Position numbers and translations under genes: made by a program. A stretch of 64,000 nucleotides of DNA from an uncultured bacterium (GTDB lineage Bacteria; CSSED10-310; CAZUFC01). The stretch covers positions 8,570-72,569 of the forward strand of contig CAZUFC010000027.1 in the NCBI GenBank assembly GCA_964619725.1, in the 5' to 3' direction. The notes under the pieces are model-generated. The model was not told the DNA's origin, searched no databases, and saw nothing but the letters and a program-made list of their open reading frames with translations. Position 1 is the first letter of the stretch, and every line of letters begins with the position of its first letter. This document shows positions 10,801 to 21,200 of this stretch, one piece after another.

Positions 10801-11520
10801 AAAATTGGAAACAAGCACGCAGAGAGTACGATATTATTCAACACTGCTTATATCAGCAGGAAATTAGGGCGATATGAAGTTTCACTCACGATGCTCAAAA
10901 CCGTCAGAACCCTAACTGGAGAAATGAATGCCGTTTATCTGGAAACTGCCGCGCTTCTTAATATGGGATACGCTTACAGTGACCTTTATTGTTTTGAACA
11001 AGCCCGGGAGAATTTCGAAAGTGTCATCAGAATCAGTCGCGAAAAGGGAATGAAAAAAATCGAAAGTGAAGCATTAACGAACATGGCCTTAATTCATTTA
11101 ACTCTTGAGAACCTGGACGGAGCTATGAAATACATTGACGAAGCCCTGAAGGTTCAAACGTCAGAAAAAGATGAAGCCATATTTTCTCTAAGCTTAAAAG
11201 CTAGAATACTGTTCAGCTATGGTCAGATTAAAAAAGCCGAAGAACTGTCGTTAAAAGCCGTAAAGCGTTATGAAAAAATTGTAAGCGAGAGCGGGAAGAC
11301 CGGCATAGACGACAAACAGATTCCATTTACTCATTATCTGATTTTGAAAGCCAAGAAGGACAAACGTGCCGCCGAATACCTGGAAAAAGCATATCGACTG
11401 ATGCAGCGATCAATTGAAACAATAGCAAGTAAGGCAGACCGCAGGAACTTGAAAAACAACTTTAAAAATAAGCCTATAGTTCAGGAATGGAAGAAAATGC
11501 ATCCCATCGAAAGTTCCTGA
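7858..11520 (+). CDS. Class III adenylate/guanylate cyclase + P-loop NTPase + TPR protein
   Basis: HLDLKGYTSLSE, EKLEGDAILAAFG and GDTVNTAARIE (cyclase). GPAGMGKS Walker A, VFEDFHWAD Walker B, GNPYYIEEL, then C-terminal TPRs. Confidence 0.9.
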   Translation: MRENLSSVNQEWLDSFRKEWDGSVEGKQRATVSGGDKVRLKGGERRYVTAMHLDLKGYTSLSEKLDHEVVADMMDGLFDSIKRRIDAYGGWIEKLEGDAILAAFGSMKAHEDDAVRAVEAALSIQESLSRVSSLLRERGFDILIRIGIHSGEVTRTRRSGYDVITGDTVNTAARIEQNSEPGATVISDEVMKLTGGFFRYGECEEIKAKGKKAPIKVYPVKGHAVRRERWERSFLSARTGFIGRKAELNRLRELYDGSSESCIRTEEDKQRRTHDIVVAGIEGPAGMGKSRLVDEFLLRLKTEKETKNTGNKIPVFKGFARSYASRPFEIFISLIMDFLGLSSFSVDVQKRLEEMIDKIPASYEKKDELRKALPMLGYLIGIRYDDPRFGLLDPQNLQTEIFIALRHLIEEFIVHQRQKQQNTVILVFEDFHWADESSRKAFSFLLKNMQPKCPLMILTVYRPEGPPGLPTIGNFEFFHIRPSGFSKEDETALIEGMLGEKTVLPQKLKNLINQKGAGNPYYIEELVHHMVDKNIIKQTGEKWRFTGDFSAAGIPVTLRGLIQARIDSLKSDSKRVIQNASVIGSEFFFDTLKRVMDRLEEKLNLEYSLNELAELSFISGDEEVALVVDETGIGDKDDDEAPGSSRKFYAFKHVLTRDVAYESLRLSDRRILHQLCAEVIEEKYASNLSNFHTILAEHWEMCGNLEKAVDYYWKVGKKAAETFDNEQALKAYTKIIEFMSDDEIHADFISKVLEKRGIIFKLIGQMDMAEKDFHRGLLLAGKYNDKAREAAFLLRIGKIDFDRGHYDSAFNKYKSASDYSRLSFDFFLEALSQLNIGLSLMAKGEYEEAEKWIMQARRTAQKKENMEVEMLALDSLGRLYYTKADFDDSADCYRQSIELSRELGDRRSESASMTNLAGVFLEKKKYEKAKFYLEQALKIVQETGDRKTECATYNNMANIHIHMKQYDEALELYRRSAQVASKIGNKHAESTILFNTAYISRKLGRYEVSLTMLKTVRTLTGEMNAVYLETAALLNMGYAYSDLYCFEQARENFESVIRISREKGMKKIESEALTNMALIHLTLENLDGAMKYIDEALKVQTSEKDEAIFSLSLKARILFSYGQIKKAEELSLKAVKRYEKIVSESGKTGIDDKQIPFTHYLILKAKKDKRAAEYLEKAYRLMQRSIETIASKADRRNLKNNFKNKPIVQEWKKMHPIESS

Positions 11521-12089
11521 AATGTCGGATAAACAAGTTCCTGAATTATAAGAATGCAAAACACGCCATAAAGTTGAATTGCCGTGAAAACGGGGTCAGA
11601 GCCCTTCCGGAAACCTTGCCGTTCCGAGGAGAAAAGCGCACAATTGTATTATTTTTTAAATTCAATAAATTTTCCATTGAAGAAATAAAAATTCAAATTT
11701 TTTGAAAAAAATTCAAAAAATTTGACCCTCTCTTTGTTAAGGCCTGGCTTTATTTTATGGTTTTTCAGCAAGATTTTTATTCAAAAGAAGTCAAAAATTT
11801 TGAATTTTCGGTAGTGGATATACGATTTCCGTAGGCGGAAAGAGTGATTTATTTGAAAAATATAATCATCGGGTGAAATTATCCAGAGTATCATGGAGGC
11901 TTATGAATTAAAGTTCTTAATTGAAGCGAGAGTTTCTTTACGAGTCCTGACATTTTTTCTATGCACTTTAGTCGGCAGCCGGCATCTTTTTTGCTAATTT
12001 TTGAAACCGATCGACAGATCACATTTTTGATGTTTAACACGGTTCAAAAATTCACGTTTAAGACTGAAATTAAAGGAAAGGAGGTAAAA

Positions 12090-12788
12090 ATGGCGCGACC
12101 CAAACGAATAAAGCAATCGGAGCATCCCTACCACGTATCCACACGCACCAATAACAAGGAATTCCGTTTCGATCACAAGAAGGTGCAGAGAGCTCTTATC
12201 GAGGCGGTAGCTGAAGTTCTTATGAAAGCGAGCAAGATTTATGAAGTGCAGATACTTCATCTCGTTCTTATGGCGACTCATTATCACCTGATAATAAATA
12301 CGCCTTTAAAGAACATCAGCGTTTTCATGCAGTACGTGAACGCCCGGATAGCCGAAATTTTCAACAAAGCGCAGAATCGAACGGGTCATTTATGGGGCGA
12401 ACGTTTTTATTCGACCATAATCGATACGGTCGATTACATGAAAAGAGTCATCCGGTACGTTTACGTCAATCCCAAAGAAGCCGGGATAGTCGAGAATCCC
12501 CTGGATTATGAAAACTCAACCATATGTTTTTATGCATTCGGAAGATTAGCATACGTTGAAGTGACGAAGGACGGGTTTTTCGTCTCTCTGGGCGAAACCG
12601 ATGAAGAACGTCGTCAAGTTTTTATCCGGGAAATAATCGGAATCCCGATGACGAATGAAGAAATGGAGGAAACTCGTAAAGGACTAAGAAAAAGATTCTA
12701 CGGAGGCGACGAATTCACGAAAATGATGAAGAAGAGACATGAAGAGCCCGTTAAAGCGAAGCCTGATGATTCCAAAAAGAAACCTTAA
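12090..12788 (+). mobile_element. REP-associated (RAYT) / IS200-like Y1 HUH tyrosine transposase
   Basis: MARPKR...YHVSTR, LMATHYHL (HUH), RTGHLWGERF and RYVYVNP. Strong AAGGAGG RBS before ATG 12090. Confidence 0.85.
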
Positions 12789-12922
12789 TAATAAAATTAT
12801 CGGGTTTCTGCATCGGGCAGTGGGGTATGAAGTAAACAAATCGAAATTTTCTGAATGGTTGCAGCACGGTAGACAATGGGTGTGGCTGATTGAGCTGAAA
12901 CTGATTGTGACGGCAATAAAAC

Positions 12923-14284
12923 TCACAAATGCCTGAATTTCAGCGCAATCGCAATAAACGTGATAAGAGCAATAATGCTGCAGGGATTTGAAGAGGGAAT
13001 GTTTACAGGAGTGACGGTCGGAGTTGCGGTAGGAGTTGCCGTTGCAGCAGGATAATGGTAGCCGAGGTCTCTCATGTCGATATCGCATATAAGGTCTGTT
13101 CTAGTTGTGAAGGCAGGACCTGGGGCGAGTTCTCCGCCGGCATCGAGGCACGGACTGTCGATTTCCTGTCCTGCGTCGGTCTGGCTGAGGAAGTAATTGC
13201 CCAGACTGCATGAGCAGAACAGAGGATCAAGGGAAATATTTCCATTTTGTCCTGTGGGGTCTTCAATACCTTCATAATTAGGCGTGTTTTCCCATACGTC
13301 GTTATAGCTGAAAACCGGTAAGATATTGGACTCGAATACTTCGATGCCCATATCATTTTCCGTTACGATGTTGTGATCGACATGGAGGGAGCTTTCGATA
13401 TTCATCAGCCACATGCCGCCCTGATTACCCGTTATGGTGTTTCCGACGATACGCGCTTCCGCCAGCCAGGGATTGAAAAGAATGCCGAACCCGCCGTTGT
13501 GGAATATGAGATTATTTTCCAGGTGAGCGCTGATGGCCTCCAGCGAAGTAATGCCGCTGAGTTCGTTGTCGTAAATTAAGTTGTGATGAATCGTTCCGCC
13601 TCCGTCCCAAAGGAATATACCGCTGGTCGGATTGCCTGTTATCACGTTATGGGAAATTTCCGATGCGCTGTATTCGATGCTGATCGCTCCGGGAAAACTG
13701 GGAGGATTGGCGTTCTCAGTAAAATAATTGTAGCTGATATGAGCGGTTGAGCCGACAATGGCTATGGCGCTTCCCACGGCCGATTCACCCGCTAAATTGC
13801 CGATGAATTCATTATTGATTATACGGGGAGAGCCTCCGTGGCAATACATGCCTCCGCCGCCCCAGGAGCCGTCAGCCGAATTTTCCGTGAAACGACATTC
13901 TGAAATGGCCATATTCGAATTATTGCAATATATCCCGCCTCCGGAAGTATCCATTTCAGCGGTTCCGTCCCGAATCGTAAAACCTTGAATATTGAGCCTC
14001 TGCACTCCATTTATTGTAAAAACATGCCCCTCGTGCCCTCCGGAGATTACCGTTCCGCCGCAACCTTCATCGCTCATTAAATAAATATTTTCAACGTAAG
14101 GCCAGTCGATGTTTTCGTGATATGTCCCCGGAGAAACAAGAACGGTATCTCCGCTTTGAGCTGAATTCAATCCCGCCTGTATAGTCGGCTGCTCGTCAGG
14201 CACTTTAATGACGGTCGCCGAAACAGGTACGCTGAAAGTCAAAACCATGATCAGCCGGATGAAAAACGATGACTTTTTCATCAA
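12923..14284 (-). CDS. Secreted right-handed beta-helix protein with P/T linker and IPTL-CTERM-like tail
   Basis: Signal peptide, VPDEQPTIQAGL...GDTVLVSPGTY, PbH1-like repeats, and tail IPSSN followed by a TM segment and KFRHL. Confidence 0.8.
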   Translation of the reverse strand: MMKKSSFFIRLIMVLTFSVPVSATVIKVPDEQPTIQAGLNSAQSGDTVLVSPGTYHENIDWPYVENIYLMSDEGCGGTVISGGHEGHVFTINGVQRLNIQGFTIRDGTAEMDTSGGGIYCNNSNMAISECRFTENSADGSWGGGGMYCHGGSPRIINNEFIGNLAGESAVGSAIAIVGSTAHISYNYFTENANPPSFPGAISIEYSASEISHNVITGNPTSGIFLWDGGGTIHHNLIYDNELSGITSLEAISAHLENNLIFHNGGFGILFNPWLAEARIVGNTITGNQGGMWLMNIESSLHVDHNIVTENDMGIEVFESNILPVFSYNDVWENTPNYEGIEDPTGQNGNISLDPLFCSCSLGNYFLSQTDAGQEIDSPCLDAGGELAPGPAFTTRTDLICDIDMRDLGYHYPAATATPTATPTVTPVNIPSSNPCSIIALITFIAIALKFRHL

Positions 14285-14486
14285 AACGTTCCTTTCGTCA
14301 AAAGGGTGAATACTTATGAAACCTGAAATACCGGTTTAAGTCCTCGGTTGAGCGTAACCTCTTTACGTGTTTATTTATATTGATTTCTGATCCCGATATC
14401 AAAAAATCGCGGAAAGAATTAAATGAAGAATGAAGAGACAGGGCGAAAAGGCGGCGGGAGAAAGGCAGGGAACGGGGTCAGAGCCC

Positions 14487-14979
14487 TTCCGGGAACATTC
14501 CGACGACAGGACTTACGCCGACGCCTGTTGCAAAATCTACGCCGCGGACACGCACACGGACTCCTACAGCCGCGCCGACTCATATTTTAGGAGTTCGTCT
14601 GGAATTAGCGACGAGATATGTTAATCCCGGCGATCCATTTTGGGTTAACGGTATACTGGATAATCCGTACCCGGAAACGCTGACGAGCGTTCCAACGTTC
14701 TTTTTGCTTGAAGTTCATGGAGTGTATTTCTTCTGGCCGGGTTGGGAGGAATTCGATCCACAGGACGCAGAAACGATGGACTACCGGAGGATGGATGTTC
14801 CCGCGGGCAGCAGTAATATCGAGGTGATACGCAGTTTTATCTGGCCGGATACGGGCGATGAGTGCATGGAAAATTTAAAATTCTATGGGGCTATGCTGAA
14901 CGAGGCTATGACTGGCTTGCAAGGCGAGTGGGCTGTCGTTGATTGGGGGTATGGACCACCAGGCAAATATGGGGATTAG
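14487..14979 (+). pseudogene. Orphan C-terminal fragment: P/T linker plus '...WGYGP' domain
   Basis: Frame is open from 14434 to 14979 with no start codon before 14704. Reads TPTP...LGVRLELATRYVNPGDPF...FYGAMLN...WGYGP and is homologous to the C-terminus of 59319-61058. Confidence 0.75.
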
Positions 14980-15279
14980 CCTGAGAAGGGTTTGCGAAGG
15001 GGTCAGAGCCCAGCGTGGAGCCCAGCGTGAAGCCTTGATTTTACAGGCGAGTGGGGGCTGAAATCCTTAGAGATTCCTATAAGCTTTCGTCTGCGAAGGG
15101 GTCTGCGAAGGGGTCAGAGCCCTGCTGGAAGCTATAAAAAATAAGGGAATTTTTGACTCTGTGCGTTAATATCATTATTTAGTAGAGAGGAATCTTGCGA
15201 GGGATTTTTGCAGGAGTTCTCTTTATTTATTCCAATGATGAATAGCAGGGTCAGGTATACCTATGGGAGGAAAAATTCA

Positions 15280-18200
15280 ATGAAAATAAGGATTTTGAAG
15301 TCACGTTTTGTGACATGTTTAATTTTTTGTTTTGCAGCAATCGCTTTTACGGGAATAGCAGTTTTGGGAGAGGGTCCTGGAAATGATTCAGGGGAGCAGA
15401 AGATTATAGAATCGGCGTTAAAGGCAAATGATTTTTCAGAGCTTAGCAAGGGGCTTGATAAGGTATGCGAAGAGATCGGAGTTCCAGCGAAAAAAACGAG
15501 GAACGAAAAGGAGGGAAAAGATGAAGCCTTGCGTTCTGCGGGACCCCCGGAATATGGGTCGTCCGTATCTATAAAAAGGGAGATTCACAGGGTGCAGGAG
15601 AACGGTTCGGATTCCATACCCTGGCCGACTGATTGGGACATCGACGGCCGGATGGATATTGTTTCGGGCGGTAATGACGGTCGTGTCAGATTGAGCAGGA
15701 ATATCGGGACATCAACGGAACCGAAATTTGAAAATGCGGTAACAATAATGATGGGTTACAGTTATGTCGATATCGGTTATAACTCGTCTCCCGTTCATTA
15801 CGATTGGGATTCAGACGGAAGCAGAGATTTGCTGGTTGGGGGTTGGCAAGGGAATGTAACTTTTTTCAAAAACAACGGCAGCGACACGACTCCGAATTTT
15901 TCAGGCGGAGTGCAACTGGACGCCGGTTACAGCGTTCTGGATGTGGGCAGCGGTTCACATCCCTTTGTCGTTGATTGGAATAATGACGGAAAGGATGATC
16001 TTCTTGTCGGAGGACATAACGGTCATGTGAATCTTTATATGAACGTCGGTTCTCAGACGAGTCCTCAACTTAATACAGGAAGTCAGATACAGGTGGGTTA
16101 TAATCCTCTGGATATGGAGGCGAAAGCGCAGCCCTGGGTCGTTGATTGGAACGGCGACGGGAAGAAGGATTTAATCGTATCGGGATTCAGTCCGTCAAAG
16201 ATATCGCTTTTTGAGAATGTGGGGACGGATGCATCTCCAGCGTTCAGCGAAGAAACTGTATTGTACGAGAAAGGGAAGCCGGTATGGCCGACTCTGGATA
16301 CCGGCTGGGCATTTGCCGATATGAACGGCGACGGAGCGGAAGATTTGGTGTTCATGGATTTTCATGCCGGCGTTAGATATTTTATGAACAAGGGAACCAA
16401 TCTAAGCAGAATATATGAAGAAGCGTATTACATTCCGGGAGAAGAACCGACAGATTTTTATCATACGATAAAGGCGCCCCGAGTCGTAGACTGGGATGAG
16501 AACGGATTAAAGGATATAGTTTTCAATATCTGGCGCGATGACCGTCATTACGTATGTTTTAATACGGGAACGGACTCAGAACCTAAGTTTACTCATCAGA
16601 AATTACTAACGACGACAACTGACCGTCATATGGGTTTCAACATTGATTATCATTGTCCTGAGATAGTCGATTGGGACAATGACGGAAAGAAGGATGTATT
16701 GATAGCGCGACAGGATGCATCGGGGCATGGCGATATCTATATTTTTTTAAATACGGGAGAGAATTACGATCCTGAGTTCGGGGAGCCTGAGAAGTTGTCG
16801 TCGGGTTATACCGATTTAGGACCGGAACGAACGATGAGCGTAGAGACGGCAGACTGGAATTCAGACGGCAAGAAGGATTTGCTTTTAGGTTCACAGGTGT
16901 GGACGGCGAGCGGGCGATTGCAATATGTATATGTGAATGATGGGACGGATGCCGCCCCCGAATTTTCAAGCGGTGCAGTCTTGTCTTACGGACCGGCGGG
17001 ATATGAACAACCGATACCCGGAACCTGGGTATCGAATCCTCACGTATGGGACTATGAAGAAGACGGCGACCCAGACATATTTACGACTACTAATGATGCC
17101 AGGGAGAGGGTTCATATTTTCAATAACGATGGATCAGCCGGGAATCCTCATTTAACGGATGGCGGTTTTTTATCTGCGGGTTATGGTTATGTCGGCGGCA
17201 GCGGACATATATTTCCAGAAACGACGGATTGGGACGAGGACGGCAGGAAGGACATGATCATCGGCGAGCGGAATACGATATCGTATTATCCCAATGAACA
17301 GACTAATCTTACGTCGCCTGGCGAGGTATCGGATTTGATGGTAGCCGGTGCGTCCGATTTTTCTATCAGTTTGACCTGGACGAACCCCGGTGATGAAGAT
17401 TTTAAAGGGGTGATTATAGTCCGTTCGCAGTCAACAATAACATGGAAGCCTTCCGACAGACAGGGTTATCATGTTGTTCCGGGAATAGAGATCGCTCCCG
17501 GAATCGAAGTAGTTTACAAAGGGGATGGAGACCATTCAACGGCGCCCTGGACGGATACCGGATTGAATCCTGGAACTCGTTATTATTACAGGGCGTTCGC
17601 CTATGACGCGGTTTTGCCGTCGTATTCAGTAGACGGAAGAGAGGTAAATGCGTTGACGGGCGGAGACACTCCCACACCGACGCCCACGATGCCTCCGACC
17701 GATACTCCTTTACCGACCGATACTCCCCTGCCGACGGATACTCCCCTGCCTGGACCTGCGGGCCCCCCAGAGTTCCTTTCGGCTCTGGAGATAAAACGCA
17801 ACGTTTACAAGATTAACGGTCATAATGGATGGTCGCCTTTTGTGACTGATTGGGACAATGATGGCCGTAAAGACCTGCTGGCAGGACACCATGACGGCCG
17901 CGTCTATGTTGCGATGAATATCGGGACCGGACAGGAGCCGAGACTGGATGAGGCGTATTTATTGCAGGCCGGATACAGTGATCTGGATGTAGTATGGTGG
18001 GCCTCGGCTCCGATGCATTATGACTGGAACGCTGACGGAAAGCGGGATTTGATCATCGGAAATATGAACGGCAACGTCTATTATTTCCGAAACTACGGTT
18101 CGGGTAATTCGCCTTCATTCAATTCCGGAGCTCAGCTTTCAGCAGGAGGAAGCGTCATTGACGTGGGATACGATGCACAGCCTGTGGTAGAGGATTGGAA

Positions 18201-21200
18201 CAATGACGGAAAACACGATCTCCTTGTCGGAGGGGCTCACAACGGCAAAATCAATCTTTTCCTCAATACAGGCAGCAATTCATCTCCACAGCTAGCTTCA
18301 GGCGAATTGATCGAGTCAGGAGGATCGCCTATCGCATTAGGCGCTAAGGTTAAACCTTGGGTAATGGACTGGAATTCAGACGGTCGAAAGGACCTTGTGG
18401 TCTCTGCAAGCGATTACCAGGGCGGTTCAATATACCTGTATGAAAATGTGGGAACCGATGCGGCTCCGGTTTTCGATGAGCGTCAAACGCTTTTCGGTAG
18501 GAATTTTGCCGTTCCGTTAAACGCCAAGGACTGCTGGACGTTCGCCGACTGGAACGGCGATTCAAAGACTGAAGTAGTAATAATCAATGATATGGGCGCC
18601 GTCATGTATTATCCTAATCAGGGAACGGAGTCGAATCGCAGCTATAGAGAAGCCATGTATGTGCCGGGCGATGAACCCACGATGATCTTCAATGAAGGGA
18701 AGATACCTCGAATAGTGGATTGGGATGAGGACGGATTGAAGGATATTTTTGTGAATTCTAGCCGCGGCGGATCGCATTATGTAATAGTCAACACGGGCAC
18801 GGTTGAAACGCCGAAATTCACCGGACAGAAGTTGCTGATGACGGATACCGGGAGTAAGATCGGGTTTCCGGGCAGTTGGTTCCAGTATATGACGCCTGAA
18901 GTCATCGATTGGGACAATGACGGCAAAAAGGACATTCTGGCCCCCAGGCGGGACTGGTATCAGGGCGGAGATGTTTATCTTTACATCAACGCAGGAGAAA
19001 ATTACGAACCTCAGTTCGGCGATCCTGTAAAACTGACGGACGGTTACACAGACATAGGACCTAAATCGACAAAGGGAATAGAAACGGTCGACTGGAATTC
19101 TGACGGTAAGAAGGATTTACTTCTGGGAACAGACTATTGGGGGGATAACGGGACATATCAGTATGTATATTTGAACGAAGGAACCGATTCCTCGCCGGAA
19201 TTTTCGTCTGGAGAACTGTTGCGATATGATGCCGGGGAGCCGATACACGGTTCTCCTTATTGCACTGTACGCGTATGGGACTATGAAGAAGACGGGGACC
19301 CGGACATCATTTCTGTGACGAACGAGTGCCGGGATAGGCTGACTAAATATAATAACGACGGCGTTTTGGGCAATCCGCATCTGGTTAATGAAGGTCATTT
19401 GACCACGGCTTACGGCTTTGTTTCCGGCTCCCATGTTGCTTTTGCGGAGCCCGTAGACTGGAATGAAGACGGAAAGAAGGACCTGGTGGTTGGACAACGC
19501 AATGGCATAATCTGGTATCCCAATAACCAATCCAATCAAACTTCTCCGCATGAAGTCAGCAATTTTTCGGTAGCAGGATCATCGGATTACAGTGTAAGTT
19601 TGAACTGGACCAATCCAAACGATAATGATTTTGCCGGCGTTATTCTGTTGAGGTCTTTATCTCCCATCGAATGGTTGCCTTCAGACTGCCAGCATTATCA
19701 CCTAAACGCAGGTGTCGAGGTCGCTCCGGGCATTGAAATAGCATATAAGGGAACTGGCGATTACTCGGCAGCGCCCTGGAACGATACCGGATTGATACCC
19801 GGAAACTTTTATCATTACAAGATATTCACTTTCGATCAGGTTATGCCGTTTTACTCAGTAAACGGTCGCGACGCAACGGCATATACAGGCGGAGAAACCC
19901 CGACTCCAGCGCCTCCGACAGAGACCCCTACGGCGACCGATACTCCCTTCCCGACTGATACGCCTCTTCCCGGACCTGCCGGACCGCCCGAATTTGATGA
20001 ACTGATTGAGATTAAAAGGGAAGCGTATCAGGTAAGTTCGTCAAGTTCAGGGAAGTACGAACCGTGGGTGACCGATTGGAACAGTGACGGCAAAAAGGAT
20101 TTGCTGACGGGGCAGTATGACGGACGAATCCGTTTGTGTCTGAACGACGGAACTGCTTCTGAGCCCAGGCTGCAGCCCAGCGTTTATGTGACGGGTGCTT
20201 ACGGGAACATAGACGCAGGCAATTATTCTTCTCCGGTCCATTACGACTGGGACGGCGACGGCAAAAGAGATTTACTGATAGGTAATAATACCGGCAACGT
20301 TGAATTTTACAAAAACTACGGCAGCGACTCAGCGCCTTCCTTTATAGACGGCGACGACCTGGATGCGGGGTATGGAATTCTGGACGTTGGCGGAATAGCT
20401 CAGCCGTTTCCTGTGGACTGGAATAATGACGGCAAAGATGATCTTGTCGTAGGAGCAAATGACGGATTCGTGCATCTGTTTATTAACGAGGGTGCCCAGA
20501 CTTCACCTCAACTTAATGCCGGCGGACCTCTGCAGGTGGGATATTCGCCGATAGACGTCGGTTCTGAAGCCAAACCCTGGGTCGTTGACTGGAACGGCGA
20601 CGGTCGAAAAGACCTGGTTGTTTCAGGTTGTTCAGCAGATGGGTGTCCGTTATGGCTATTCGAAAACATCAATACCGATGCGGAACCTCAGTTTGCCGGA
20701 GGCGTTATTCTGTATGATCACAACAGTCCGGTGGTCGAATCATACAATACGGGATTGACGATCGGCGATATGAATTCAGATGCAAAGGATGACATTGTCG
20801 CCGTATCAAGCGATTCGCAGGCTGTTATGTATTACGTCAATAAGGGTACGAACGCGAACAGAATTTATGAAGAAGCCATATACATACCCGGAGATGAACC
20901 GACCAGAATATTCAGTCACGACAAAGCGATTCGAGTGACGGACTGGGATGAGAACGGAGTAAAGGATTTGCTGGTAAATCTGGGTTGGAATGATCGACAT
21001 TATGTCATATTCAATACAGGATCAAGAGAAGAGCCGAAATTGACGAAACAACTTGCTCTGACCACGACAGCAGGAAGAAGTATCGGTTTTGAATCGTACA
21101 CCTATTTCTGTCCTGAAGTCGTAGACTGGGACAATGACGGCAAAAAGGACCTGCTGGTGACGCGGGCGGATTACAGTACCTATGGTGATATCTACTTGTT

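Noticed and set aside
11688-11808. AT-rich inverted repeat upstream of the transposase
   Set aside because: Low-complexity A/T sequence that could arise by chance; no function can be supported.
11879-11960. SAM-I riboswitch (starts ttatccagag)
   Set aside because: The downstream conserved elements (GCAACC, GTGC) and P1 closure are not present.
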